Under the pieces are notes generated by a model. The model had not been told where the DNA came from. It saw only the letters and a list, made by a program, of their open reading frames with translations, and did not search any database. A stretch of 64,000 nt of DNA from Clostridiales bacterium (lineage in GTDB: Bacteria > Bacillota > Clostridia > Oscillospirales > CAG-272), in NCBI GenBank assembly GCA_021202555.1, contig JAJQCT010000029.1, positions 66,287 to 130,286 of the forward strand, given 5' to 3'. Position numbers and translations under genes: made by a program. Shown here piece after piece: positions 1-9,326 of the stretch (within the stretch, counting starts at the first letter, position 1; every line of letters starts with the position of its first letter).

Positions 1-1019
1 ATGCGCTTATGCTCGGATGAGCATACCTCGCCGTAACCGATTTTGTCATATTCGCAGTCATCCGCAAACATTCCGAGACGGAATCGCGCCGTGAAAAGCC
101 GCACGCACGCCTCCGTTATCGTTTCCTCATCGACAAGTCCCGACTCAAACGCCGAGAGCATCGATGCATAGGCGCTGCCGCAGTTCAGGTCGCATCCCGC
201 GTTTATCGCGAGCGCCGAGCTTTTTTCGGGGCTGTCCGTTACGTGATGGTGCGCGTTGATGTCGTTTATGGCGCCGCAGTCGGAGACGATGTAGCCGTCG
301 AAACCGAATTTTTCGTGAAGAATCCCGAAAAGCGTCGGGGACGCGCAGCACGGCTCGCCGTTTGTGCGGTTGTACGCGCCTATAACGGCAGACGGATGCG
401 CCTTTTCCACGCAGTATCGGAACGCCTCAAGATACGTCTCAAACATATCCTGCGCTGTTGCTTTGGCGTCAAATCCGTGGCGGTCTGCCTCGGGTCCGCT
501 GTGAACGGCGTAATGCTTGAGAGTTGCGTCGGCAAGCTTATATTTTGAGAGCGGATTGCCGCTGCGGTCCTTGCCCTCGATTCCAAGGACGAACGCCGCG
601 CCCATGCGCCCCGTGAGATACGGGTCTTCCCCATATGTTTCATGTCCGCGTCCCCATCTCGGGTCGCGGAAAATATTTATGTTCGGCGACCAATACGTTA
701 TGCCCTGATAAATTTCAGTGCCGCCGAGCGACCTGTACTCGTTGTACTTCGCGCGTCCCTCATATCCTATGGCGCGCGCTTCTTCATAAAGCGTGTCGTC
801 GTCAAACGTCGACGCCGACGCGATAGCCTGAGGAAATACTGTCGCCACTCCCGTGCGCGCGACGCCGTGAAGCGCCTCGTTCCACCAATTGTAGGCGGGT
901 ATGCCGAGCCTTTCAATCGCGGGCGCGTTATATTTAAGCTGCGAGCATTTTTCCGCAAGCGTCATTTTGCCGACAAGCTCCCTTGCTGCCGCCTCAAAGC
1001 CTGTATTATCAAAATCCAT
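1..1019 (-). CDS. Glycoside hydrolase family 3 protein (beta-glucosidase/beta-xylosidase type), N-terminal part; gene continues beyond window start
   Basis: Absent from the ORF track because it has no stop in the window. Own translation of the minus strand from ATG 1019-1017 (AAGGAGG 6 nt upstream): MDFDNTGFEAAARELVGKMTLAEKCSQLKYNAPAIERLGIPAYNWWNEALHGVAR...NINIFRDPRWGRGHETYGEDPYLTGRM...LKHYAVHSGPE...DGYIVSDCGAI. These are canonical GH3 N-domain motifs. Confidence 0.85.
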   Translation of the reverse strand, partial: MDFDNTGFEAAARELVGKMTLAEKCSQLKYNAPAIERLGIPAYNWWNEALHGVARTGVATVFPQAIASASTFDDDTLYEEARAIGYEGRAKYNEYRSLGGTEIYQGITYWSPNINIFRDPRWGRGHETYGEDPYLTGRMGAAFVLGIEGKDRSGNPLSKYKLADATLKHYAVHSGPEADRHGFDAKATAQDMFETYLEAFRYCVEKAHPSAVIGAYNRTNGEPCCASPTLFGILHEKFGFDGYIVSDCGAINDINAHHHVTDSPEKSSALAINAGCDLNCGSAYASMLSAFESGLVDEETITEACVRLFTARFRLGMFADDCEYDKIGYGEVCSSEHKR

Positions 1020-1059
1020 TGCTGCCTCCTTTCGCAGTACGGATAAAATGAAGCCGTCC

Positions 1060-1935
1060 TTATATTTCAGGCTTCAGCGTTTCTGCCACTTTCTTTCCTG
1101 TCGGCGTCGCGGCAAGACCGCCCATCGCAGTCTCGCGCAGCTCGTGCGGTATGCGCAAGCCGACCTCTCCCATGCAGTCTATAACCTCGTCAACGGGAAT
1201 CCGACTTTCAATTCCCGCAAGCGCCATGTCGGCGCAGCTTACGGCATTGACGGCTCCGACGACGTTCCGCTTGACGCACGGCACCTCTACAAGTCCGGCG
1301 ACAGGGTCGCACACAAGCCCCAGAAGATTTTTGAGCGCCATCGCCGCCGCGTGACCGACAGCCTCGCCTCCCCCGCCCGACACGGTTACAAGCGCTCCCG
1401 CCGACATTGCTGACGCGGAGCCTATCTCCGCCTGACAGCCGCCGTAAGCGCCCGAAATTGACGCCCGAGAGCTGATGACGGCGCCGATTCCCGCGGACGT
1501 GTAAAGCCCGTGAATTATATCGTCCTCGCTCGCTCTGCCTCCGCGGTAAAGCGGAACAAGCACCGCGGGCAGAACGCCGCAGGCGCCCGCAGTCGGTGCC
1601 GCGACGATTTTCCGCATACAGGCGTTTGATTCGCCGACAGACAGCGCGACCGCGATTACATTTTGAATGTACTCACCCGAAAGCGGCGAGCCGTTTTCGC
1701 AGAAGCTTCTCATCTTCGCCCCGTCGCCGCCCGCAAGACCGCTCATCGAGCGCCTTTCGGGATCGTATTCTTCAAAGGACGTAAGCATCGCACGCCATAC
1801 GCCGCGCATTTTTGAAATCGATTCCTCGCGCGTCACCTGACGTTCCTCAATGTCCGCGTCAAGCACGATTTCCCAGAATTCGCGCCCCGTCCGACGCGCG
1901 GCGTCGATTATCTCCGCGACGGAATAAAGCTCCAT
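1060..1935 (-). CDS. sdaAA: L-serine dehydratase (iron-sulfur type), alpha subunit
   Basis: 291-aa ORF. SVGESNACMRKIVAAPTAGACGVLPAVL and GGCQAEIGSASAMSA stretches are typical of the SdaAA family. It lies directly downstream of the beta-subunit gene. Confidence 0.9.
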   Translation of the reverse strand: MELYSVAEIIDAARRTGREFWEIVLDADIEERQVTREESISKMRGVWRAMLTSFEEYDPERRSMSGLAGGDGAKMRSFCENGSPLSGEYIQNVIAVALSVGESNACMRKIVAAPTAGACGVLPAVLVPLYRGGRASEDDIIHGLYTSAGIGAVISSRASISGAYGGCQAEIGSASAMSAGALVTVSGGGGEAVGHAAAMALKNLLGLVCDPVAGLVEVPCVKRNVVGAVNAVSCADMALAGIESRIPVDEVIDCMGEVGLRIPHELRETAMGGLAATPTGKKVAETLKPEI

Positions 1936-1980
1936 ATCAAAAACCCCATTTTCCGAAATTAATGCTTTAAGGATTATCCT

Positions 1981-2646
1981 TCACGCCTTCTTCTCACAGT
2001 ACGAAACTCTTAAAATGCCGTCAAGCCCTTCAATTTTTTCACGCACAGAAGACGGTACCCTCTGGTCTGTTTCAATCACCTCGAGCGCGTCTCCGCCTCG
2101 TGCCGCGCGGCAAAGGCTCATATCGGCGATATTTATGCCCGTGGCGCTGATAACGCCAGCTATGTCGGCTACCCTGCCCCTCACGTCGCGGTGACGGACT
2201 ATGAGAGTGTTTTCCTCGCCCGTAAAGCTCACGTCAATCCCGTCGATTTTTTCTACCCGAATCCTGCCGCCGCCGGTCGACGCCGCAGTCATCGAAAGCG
2301 TTTCGCCGTCAAAGCTCACAATGTCAAGCAGCGCCGTATTCGGATGCGCGTCGCGAAGATACGCCGTGTAAAACTCAAATTCAAGACCGCGCTCCCCGGC
2401 GATTTCAAAGCTTCTCGGAATGCCCTCGAAATCAGGCTGAAAGCCTAAAAGCCCCGCGACAATCGCCCTGTCCGTTCCGTGCCCGCGCCCCGTTTCGGCA
2501 AATGAACCGAAAAGCCCTATTTTCGCGTGCTTCGGCTCGCCTTCAAGAAGCGTTCTTCCGATAAGACCGATTCTCACGGCTCCCGCCGTGTGAGAGCTTG
2601 ACGGTCCTATCATAACGGGACCGAGAATATCGAAAATGTCAGTCAT
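1981..2646 (-). CDS. sdaAB: L-serine dehydratase (iron-sulfur type), beta subunit
   Basis: 221-aa ORF with N-terminal FDILGPVMIGPSSSHTAGAVRIG motif and an ACT-like C-terminal half. Paired with sdaAA. Confidence 0.9.
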   Translation of the reverse strand: MTDIFDILGPVMIGPSSSHTAGAVRIGLIGRTLLEGEPKHAKIGLFGSFAETGRGHGTDRAIVAGLLGFQPDFEGIPRSFEIAGERGLEFEFYTAYLRDAHPNTALLDIVSFDGETLSMTAASTGGGRIRVEKIDGIDVSFTGEENTLIVRHRDVRGRVADIAGVISATGINIADMSLCRAARGGDALEVIETDQRVPSSVREKIEGLDGILRVSYCEKKA

Positions 2647-2693
2647 GTTAGCCTCGTTTTAATTCAAAAAATATTTCTGATTCTGCCAAAAGC

Positions 2694-3149
2694 TTATTTT
2701 CCGGCACTCACGCCGTCAATCATCCCGTCTACCGTGTGCCACGCCAGAAGCGCGCATTTCACCCTCGCCGGCATATGCGAGATATTTTTGAACGCTATCG
2801 CCTCCTCAAGCGACGAAAGCTCATCCTCGTCCTTTATCTCGCCCTTTATCATTCCTATGAAATCGGCGATTATATCCTTTGCCTCGGCGAGGGTTTTCCC
2901 GCGAAGCACGTCTATCATAATCGACGTGCTGCTCTGCGATATGGCGCAGCCGTGACCCGTGAACGCCATATCCTCGATAACATCCCCGTCAAGCTTAATC
3001 TCGATTTTGATTTCGTCGCCGCAGTTCGGATTATGCCCCTCCTCGCAAAGGTCGCACGCCCCAAGCTCATGCTTGTTGTACGAATTCATGCTGTGTTCCA
3101 TTATGAGATCGCTGTAAATCGCGTCAAATCCGTCAGTCATTCCAATCAT
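2694..3149 (-). CDS. sufU: SUF-system Fe-S cluster scaffold SufU (IscU/NifU-like)
   Basis: Motifs HNPNCGDEIKIEIKLDG, GHGCAISQSS and PARVKCALLAW carry the three Cys ligands of SufU. The track ORF opens at a TTG (3206), but comparison with about 147-aa SufU proteins favours ATG 3149 (or 3140). Last gene of the suf operon. Confidence 0.8.
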   Translation of the reverse strand: MIGMTDGFDAIYSDLIMEHSMNSYNKHELGACDLCEEGHNPNCGDEIKIEIKLDGDVIEDMAFTGHGCAISQSSTSIMIDVLRGKTLAEAKDIIADFIGMIKGEIKDEDELSSLEEAIAFKNISHMPARVKCALLAWHTVDGMIDGVSAGK

Positions 3150-3233
3150 ATTTCGCCCTGCGAAAGGCTTCCTTTCTCCCGTAATGATGTAAGGCTTCAA
3201 AAGCAATGCGCCAAGGTGTATTCTTCAAGCCCA

Positions 3234-4454
3234 TCAGCTTCGGGTAAGATATTTTTCAAACAGCCCGTATGCCTTCTCAACGCCCGCGGCAAGTCGGTTT
3301 ATATCGTCCTCGTTATTGTAAATTCCGAGGCTTGCGCGGCAGGTGGAATCTACTCCCAGATAGCGCATAAAGGGCTGCGCGCAGTGATTGCCGGCGCGCA
3401 CGCATACGCCGCACCCGTCAAGTATGCTTGCCACATCGTGCGGATGAACGCCGTTTATATTAAACGATATGACGGACGTCCGCTTTTCCCTGTCGGGCGG
3501 CGCATAAATCGTCACATAAGGAAGCGCCGAAAGCCTTTTTAAGGCGTAATCGTAAAGCTTCCCCTCGTGCGTCTCTATCGCCTCAAAGCCGATTTCCGAG
3601 ACATAATCGAGCGCGGCACCAAGTCCGATAACGCCGCCGACATTCTGCGTCCCCGCCTCAAGCCTCATCGGAATCGGCGCGAACGTCGCCCTGTCCTCGT
3701 AAACGTATTCTATCATTTCCCCGCCCATAAGAAAAGGCGGGATCGCCTCAAGAAGCTCGGGTTTGCCGACAAGCACGCCGACACCGAGCGGCGCATATAT
3801 TTTATGACCCGAAAAGACGAAAAAATCCGCGTCCAGCTCCTTCAAATCAACTCTCATATGCGGAACCGACTGCGTTCCGTCCACAATTAAAACAGCACCG
3901 ACCTCGTGTGCGCGCTTTGCGATCGCCTTTATGTCGTTTATAGTTCCGGTTACGTTTGAAACGTGCGTCACGGCGACAATTTTCGTGCGCTCCGTGATTT
4001 TTTTATTGATTTCATCCGGCGTAAGCTCATAGCTTTCGTCCGTGTACATATAAACAAGGCGGCTGCCCGTCTTTTTTGTCACATACTGCCACGGCACGAG
4101 ATTTGAGTGATGCTCCGCTATCGATATTACAACCTCGTCGCCCTCGGAAAGGCTATAAAGACCGTAGGAATACGCCAAAAGATTGAGGCTTTCGCTCGCG
4201 TTTTTTGAAAATACAACGCCATCCTCGGGTACGCCGCCGAGAAAATCCGCGACTTTTTTGCGGACAGCGCCGTAAGCCTCCGTTGCCTCAATCGAAAGCG
4301 CGTATGCGCCTCTGTAGATATTAGCGTTTCCCCTCTCGTAAAAGCTGCGCTCCGCGTCAATGACACACCGCGGCTTCTGCGTCGTCGCGGCGCTGTCAAG
4401 ATATGCGATGTCGGTATTATCGAAAATCGGAAAATCGCGTCTTGGATTTGTCAT
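3234..4454 (-). CDS. sufS: Cysteine desulfurase SufS (class V aminotransferase)
   Basis: 406 aa. Contains HHSNLVPWQ, FSGHKIYAPLGVGVL (PLP lysine region) and RAGNHCAQP (catalytic Cys). Sits between sufD and sufU. Confidence 0.9.
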   Translation of the reverse strand: MTNPRRDFPIFDNTDIAYLDSAATTQKPRCVIDAERSFYERGNANIYRGAYALSIEATEAYGAVRKKVADFLGGVPEDGVVFSKNASESLNLLAYSYGLYSLSEGDEVVISIAEHHSNLVPWQYVTKKTGSRLVYMYTDESYELTPDEINKKITERTKIVAVTHVSNVTGTINDIKAIAKRAHEVGAVLIVDGTQSVPHMRVDLKELDADFFVFSGHKIYAPLGVGVLVGKPELLEAIPPFLMGGEMIEYVYEDRATFAPIPMRLEAGTQNVGGVIGLGAALDYVSEIGFEAIETHEGKLYDYALKRLSALPYVTIYAPPDREKRTSVISFNINGVHPHDVASILDGCGVCVRAGNHCAQPFMRYLGVDSTCRASLGIYNNEDDINRLAAGVEKAYGLFEKYLTRS

Positions 4455-5497
4455 GAAAGCCTCCCGTCCGCCATATCGGACACAAGAGCGCGGATTTCCT
4501 CATCAACTATCATATCGAGCACCGCCGAAAAATTCGCGCGGACAATGAGCTTCACCGCGTCGCGGTACGAAAGCCCGCGCGACATGATATAAAAGAGGCG
4601 CGACGGGTCTGCTTTGCCTGACGCCGTTGAGTGATTTCCCTCGACATCCTCCTCTGTGCAGAGCATCATCGGAAGCGCTGTCGATTTTGCGCCGTCTGAG
4701 AGAAGCAGGCAGTATTCGTCCTCCGTGCCGACCGCTCCCCTGCATCCGCGCAGAAAGTTTATCGTCCCCTTGAAGGATTTTCGGCACGCCCCGTCAATTG
4801 CGCCCTTTACATCGAAAACGGCGTTCGTTTTCTTCCCGTAAAGCTCCGCTATGCAGTTTATATCCTTGACCTCGCTGCCGCCCCCGAGATAAATCATCCC
4901 GAAATGACAGTCGGAATTGTCTCCCCGCAAATCGAAAAAGTAATTTGTCGCCGAGACGCGACCGCCGAAATCGACCGCCGCAAAATCGAGACGTGAATCC
5001 CTGCCGAGCGTACATTCCACCGAATCAAAATTAAACGACGCGCCGTTTGTCATATTGATGACGTTCAGCCTCATCCTGCACCCATCGTGAATATTTATGC
5101 GCAAGGCTCCGTTATGAAAGCATTCCGCTTCGTCAGAGCATTTATATATAACAGTGAGGGACGTGTCGGACTGCGCTTCAATATCGAGCACATTGATAAG
5201 TCTGGGATTGTCACTTCCCATTGTATATTCGATACGTGAGCCGTCGCCCTTGAGATAAAGCTTATATTTGCTGTTGCAGTGCTCGCTTATGTTTCGGGAA
5301 AGCTCCTCGCCCTGACCGTATCTGAGCGTCGGCACGCTTACACCCTCGCTTGTGAAAAAGGCGTCATCTCCGCAGAAAACCTGCGCTCCGCCAAAGTCTA
5401 TGCTCTCGTTGATATTCTCCGGAAGCTCGACCTTTATATTGTTGATTCCAAAATTTCTCGACGTGCGCATCGGCGTCGGGTTAGCCTTGATAAGCAT
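4451..5497 (-). CDS. sufD: Fe-S cluster assembly protein SufD
   Basis: 348 aa with a SufB/D-family C-terminus (EGNHSTASGKADPSRLFYIMSRGLSYRDAVKLIV). Overlaps sufB and sufS by 1 and 4 nt, suggesting translational coupling. Confidence 0.85.
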   Translation of the reverse strand: MLIKANPTPMRTSRNFGINNIKVELPENINESIDFGGAQVFCGDDAFFTSEGVSVPTLRYGQGEELSRNISEHCNSKYKLYLKGDGSRIEYTMGSDNPRLINVLDIEAQSDTSLTVIYKCSDEAECFHNGALRINIHDGCRMRLNVINMTNGASFNFDSVECTLGRDSRLDFAAVDFGGRVSATNYFFDLRGDNSDCHFGMIYLGGGSEVKDINCIAELYGKKTNAVFDVKGAIDGACRKSFKGTINFLRGCRGAVGTEDEYCLLLSDGAKSTALPMMLCTEEDVEGNHSTASGKADPSRLFYIMSRGLSYRDAVKLIVRANFSAVLDMIVDEEIRALVSDMADGRLS

Positions 5498-6936
5498 TAT
5501 CCGATACCTCCTTCAAGCTCGAGATTTATAAGATTGTTCATTTCAGCCGCATATTCCATCGGCAGCTCCTTTGATATAGGATACGCGAACCCGCGCACAA
5601 TCATCGCCTTGGCGTCCTCCTCGGAAAGCCCGCGCGACATAAGGTAGAATATTTCCCTGTCGCTTATTTTCCCGATTTTCGCCTCGTGCGAAAATGTTAT
5701 ATCGTCGACATCCGTCTCACACGTCGGTATCGTGTCGGAGCGCGATTTATCGTCAAGCATAAGCGATTCGCATGAAACGGAGCATTTCGCGCCGTGCGCG
5801 CGGCTTGTAAGCTTTGTCATCGAGCGGTATGTGCATGAGCCGCCGCCCTTCGATATTGATTTTGAATTTATCACGGCGGAGGTGTTCGGCGCGTTCATAA
5901 GCACCTTAACGCCCGTATCGAGCGTCTGTCCCGCGCCGGCAAACGTGATTCCCGTGTATTCTGTCTTTGAGCCCTCTCCGTTAAGAATGCTCATAGGATA
6001 AAGCATCGACACCTTCGAGCCGAACGAGCCGGTCACCCATTCCATCTCGCCGCCCTCATCGACAATAGCCTTTTTGGTATTGAGATTCATCATGTTTTTC
6101 GACCAATTTTCGATTGTGGAATAGCGCAGATATGCGTTCTTTCCGACAAAAAGCTCGACGCAGCCCGCGTGGAGATTCACCTTGTTGTATTTCGGCGCGG
6201 AGCAGCCCTCGATAAAGTGAAGGCTTGCGCCGTCCTCGACGATTATGAGCGTATGCTCAAACTGTCCCGATTCGGGCGAATTGAGCCTGAAATAGGACTG
6301 AATCGGAATATCCACCTTCACATCCTTCGGGACGTAAACAAACGACCCTCCCGACCATACAGCCGCGTGAAGCGCCGCAAATTTGTGATCCGTCACGGGA
6401 ACGCATTTCATGAAGTGGGATTTCACAATCTCGGGGTATTCGCGCACAGCCGTTTCCATATCGGTGTAGATAACGCCCGCCGAGAGAAGCTCCTCCTTCA
6501 TATTGTGATAGACGACCTCGGAATCGTACTGCGCACCTACTCCCGCAAGATAGCTGCGCTCCGCCTGCGGGATTCCGAGACGCTCGAACGTCTCCTTTAT
6601 TTCGGACGGGACGTCGTCCCAGTCGGCGCTCTGTTTTGCCTTAGGCTTGACATACGTCGATATATCGTCCATTTTAAGCTCGGAAAGATCGGGACCCCAT
6701 GTCGGCAGCGGTGTTTTGCCGTATACCTCAAGCGCGTGAAGCCTTATATCCCTCATCCAGTCGGGGTCGCCCTTCATTTCGGATATTTCAAGGACGATTT
6801 CTCTGTCAAGCCCCTTTTTCATTTTGTAGTCGTAGCTGTCGGCGTTTTTTACGTCGTAAATGTTGCGGTCAATGTCATCGACCTGCGTTTTGACCTTCGC
6901 CCCCTCGACCTTGATTTCGCCTGCCGTCTCGCTCAT
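5497..6936 (-). CDS. sufB: Fe-S cluster assembly protein SufB
   Basis: 479 aa. Contains HFIEGCSAPKYNKVNLHAGCVELFV and FSHEAKIGKISDREIFYLMSRGLSEEDAKAMIVRGF, both typical of SufB. Confidence 0.9.
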   Translation of the reverse strand: MSETAGEIKVEGAKVKTQVDDIDRNIYDVKNADSYDYKMKKGLDREIVLEISEMKGDPDWMRDIRLHALEVYGKTPLPTWGPDLSELKMDDISTYVKPKAKQSADWDDVPSEIKETFERLGIPQAERSYLAGVGAQYDSEVVYHNMKEELLSAGVIYTDMETAVREYPEIVKSHFMKCVPVTDHKFAALHAAVWSGGSFVYVPKDVKVDIPIQSYFRLNSPESGQFEHTLIIVEDGASLHFIEGCSAPKYNKVNLHAGCVELFVGKNAYLRYSTIENWSKNMMNLNTKKAIVDEGGEMEWVTGSFGSKVSMLYPMSILNGEGSKTEYTGITFAGAGQTLDTGVKVLMNAPNTSAVINSKSISKGGGSCTYRSMTKLTSRAHGAKCSVSCESLMLDDKSRSDTIPTCETDVDDITFSHEAKIGKISDREIFYLMSRGLSEEDAKAMIVRGFAYPISKELPMEYAAEMNNLINLELEGGIG

Positions 6937-7679
6937 TTTAATTTGTCCTTATATTTTGCGAAGCCCTCCGCCTCGATTTCATACGCGAGCGACGCGGGTC
7001 CCGTCTCCACGATTTTTCCGTCGCCGAAAACGTGAACCGCATCGATTTTCACCGTGTCGATGAGCCGCAGATTGTGCGTGATGATAATAAGCGCGTTTTC
7101 GTCGTTTTTGAACATTGCGATTCCCTTTGCAACAGCCGCTATCGCGTCAACGTCAAGCCCCGAGTCGGTTTCGTCGAGAATGGCGAGCTTCGGATTCAGA
7201 ACGAGCATTTGCAGTATCTCGTTTTTCTTTTTTTCACCACCGGAAAAGCCGACGTTAAGCTCGCGCTCCGTCATTCCCTCGTCCATTCCGAGCTCGTCCC
7301 TGTATTTTTTCACGTCGTCGCGAAGCGCGAACATACGAACGGGCTTGCCCGTCACCTTTCCCTTTGCGGTCTTGAGAAAATTGAAGGTCGATATTCCCGG
7401 GATTTCCTCCGGCGTCTGAAACGACATGAAAATCCCACGTCTCGTAATCTCGCCTGTCGGAAGATTTGTTATATCCTCTCCGTCAAATTCGATTTTGCCC
7501 GCAGTTTTAGTGTATTCGGGATTTCCGAGCAGCACGTTCGCGAGCGTCGATTTGCCCGAGCCGTTCGGTCCCATGATTACGTGAATTTCCCCCGCTTTGA
7601 CCGTGAGATTCACGCCCTTAAGTATGGGCTTGTCCCCCGCCGAGGCGAAAAGATTGTTTATTTCAAGCATATTCCGCAT
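6933..7679 (-). CDS. sufC: Fe-S cluster assembly ATPase SufC
   Basis: 248 aa ABC ATPase with Walker A GPNGSGKST, signature FSGGEKKK and Walker B LAILDETDSGLD. First gene of the suf operon. Confidence 0.9.
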   Translation of the reverse strand: MRNMLEINNLFASAGDKPILKGVNLTVKAGEIHVIMGPNGSGKSTLANVLLGNPEYTKTAGKIEFDGEDITNLPTGEITRRGIFMSFQTPEEIPGISTFNFLKTAKGKVTGKPVRMFALRDDVKKYRDELGMDEGMTERELNVGFSGGEKKKNEILQMLVLNPKLAILDETDSGLDVDAIAAVAKGIAMFKNDENALIIITHNLRLIDTVKIDAVHVFGDGKIVETGPASLAYEIEAEGFAKYKDKLK

Positions 7680-7787
7680 TTATATACCCCTTCGGTTTAT
7701 TATACAGTAATTTATAGCCTTGTGACTGCACCGTATGTGTCCGTCAGTTTCATCGCTCAACATCTCGCGTGCTATTATTATGCCTGC

Positions 7788-7816
7788 ATTATATCACGTG
7801 TAGTTGAGGCTGTCAA
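7788..7816 (-). promoter_or_regulatory. Sigma70-type promoter of the suf operon
   Basis: The minus strand reads TTGACA - 17 nt - TATAAT, about 100 nt upstream of the sufC ATG. Confidence 0.55.
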
Positions 7817-7881
7817 GAATTTTTTTCAATCAGCATATCAGAGAGGTGATTCCCCTCCGGTGAGACTTCCGTTCAAACGAC

Positions 7882-7916
7882 GAAAGAGCCTGCGTTCTCT
7901 TTACAGGCTCTCTTTC
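7882..7916 (-). terminator. Possible terminator hairpin after relE
   Basis: Arms GAAAGAGCCTG / CAGGCTCT(CT)TTC, 11 bp with a 2-nt bulge. The U-tract on the minus strand is weak (GTCGTTTG). Confidence 0.35.
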
Positions 7917-7922
7917 ATGCGC

Positions 7923-8192
7923 TTATCCCTTGTATACTTCCCGCCTATGACCCACTGTCAGCGCCGTAATTACAAGCCTGTCGTCCTCTATGAAGCATAA
8001 CAAGCGGTAATCGCCGATTCTGTATCGCCATTCGCCGCTGTAATTGCCCTTCAGGGCTTTGCCGTGTAATCTTGGATTTTCGCATCCGACTAAGTTTTTT
8101 ACAATCCACGCTTTCAGCATTTTCTGCGTGGAAGCGTTCAGCTTCCTCATGTCCTTCTCAAATTGCGGGGTTGCCTCCAGCCTATAACTCAT
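7923..8192 (-). CDS. relE: Type II toxin, RelE/ParE superfamily (mRNA interferase-like)
   Basis: 89 aa with the C-terminus WRYRIGDYRLLCFIEDDRLVITALTVGHRREVY typical of RelE/YafQ-like toxins. Overlaps the upstream antitoxin ORF by 4 nt. Confidence 0.8.
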   Translation of the reverse strand: MSYRLEATPQFEKDMRKLNASTQKMLKAWIVKNLVGCENPRLHGKALKGNYSGEWRYRIGDYRLLCFIEDDRLVITALTVGHRREVYKG

Positions 8193-8410
8193 ACTCCAAG
8201 CTCGTTCCAGAACTCCTCAATAGGTCTGCTTTTCTTTCCGCTCTTCACGTATTCCTCATATGCTTCATCCGCGACTTTAACGTCAAGTTCGTCCTCTATC
8301 TTCTCGAAGAGTGCGCTCTTGAAAGCCTCGCCTATAGAGATGGAGTGAAGCTTTGCATAGCTGTCCGCCAGCTCCCTTTCGTTCTCGGTCAGTCTGATCG
8401 TAAATACCAT
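8189..8410 (-). CDS. relB: Type II antitoxin, RelB-like (ribbon-helix-helix type)
   Basis: 73 aa. FTIRLTENERELADSYAKLHSISIGEAFKSALFEKIEDELD resembles streptococcal/clostridial RelB-family antitoxins. Has the upstream-antitoxin geometry. Confidence 0.7.
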   Translation of the reverse strand: MVFTIRLTENERELADSYAKLHSISIGEAFKSALFEKIEDELDVKVADEAYEEYVKSGKKSRPIEEFWNELGV

Positions 8411-8442
8411 TTCGCATTCTCCTTTCCGCTTCTATGTAATAC

Positions 8443-8471
8443 ATTGTATCACATTTTCCCGCGCTTGTCAA
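8443..8471 (-). promoter_or_regulatory. Sigma70-type promoter of relBE with adjacent near-palindrome
   Basis: The minus strand reads TTGACA - 17 nt - TACAAT, followed by ATGTATTACAT, a near-palindrome that could be an autoregulation operator. Confidence 0.5.
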
Positions 8472-8524
8472 CAGATATAACGAATATTTTCCCGCCGTCA
8501 GCACTTTTTTATTCGCGTCGGAAA

Positions 8525-8980
8525 TTATTCTTCCGTTTCATCCGTTTCCTCCGTTGTCGGAGTGTCTCCGCTGTACGTAAGCTCAATGTAAAACGAATCC
8601 TCCTCCTCATCATAAAGGAATGTTATCGTTTCAAGCATCGAGCCATCCTCGCATACGATTTTGTCTACGGTCTTTCTCAGATACCTGTTGCCGTATTCGT
8701 CATGAAGCGCCGTCACAGAAATCACAGCCGAATCCTCAAGGTATTCGTCCGTCCAGCGAATCCTGTAGGTCAGCGTCTCCCCTGCCTCAATTTCGCTGTT
8801 TTTCAGTATCACGCTCTCGCCGTTGTCGGCGTTATAGAGTATCAGCTCGTCAATCGTGAAGGGCGACGAGTTTACAAACGTCAGCTCCGTCACGTTTTCG
8901 TCGCTTTCCTCGCATGAAAGCATGAAAAGCGCCGACAGAATCAAAAGGAGCGCAAAAATACATCTTCGTCCGGATTTCAT
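8525..8980 (-). CDS. Hypothetical lipoprotein
   Basis: MKSGRRCIFALLLILSALFMLSC is a signal peptide with a lipobox. ATG 8980 has AGGGGA 9 nt upstream; the track ORF starts further upstream. No recognisable domain. Confidence 0.55.
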   Translation of the reverse strand: MKSGRRCIFALLLILSALFMLSCEESDENVTELTFVNSSPFTIDELILYNADNGESVILKNSEIEAGETLTYRIRWTDEYLEDSAVISVTALHDEYGNRYLRKTVDKIVCEDGSMLETITFLYDEEEDSFYIELTYSGDTPTTEETDETEE

Positions 8981-9171
8981 AAAACCAATCCCCTGCACCC
9001 GCACTTTCGCGAAGCGAAAGCCTTCTTTTCAAAATAACACCGCGTTATATTATACAGCTTTTGCGCCAAAAAGTAAAGTGCCGCGGCGAATAAATAATCT
9101 TTCCCGCGCGCTTTTGTACAATTTGACCGCGAGCGGGCGGTTTCCGCGTCGAAAAATTTCTTTTTTTCACC

Positions 9172-9200
9172 TTTACAATCACCGAAGATTATGATAAAAT
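9172..9200 (+). promoter_or_regulatory. Sigma70-type promoter of the pur operon (with PurBox-like sequence in the spacer)
   Basis: TTTACA - 17 nt - TAAAAT. The spacer holds ATCACCGAAGATT, which matches 11 of 13 positions of the B. subtilis PurBox AWWWCCGAACWWT as I recall it. Confidence 0.45.
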
Positions 9201-9326
9201 ATCTGTGGGATGAAATTCGTCCGCTCCGCACCCACGCCGCCCGAAATCGGGGCGATGTTTTCCGCCGCACGGTGGGGGTCGCGGCAATGCAGTCAGTCAT
9301 AATCATAAATCAAAGGGAGATGATAG

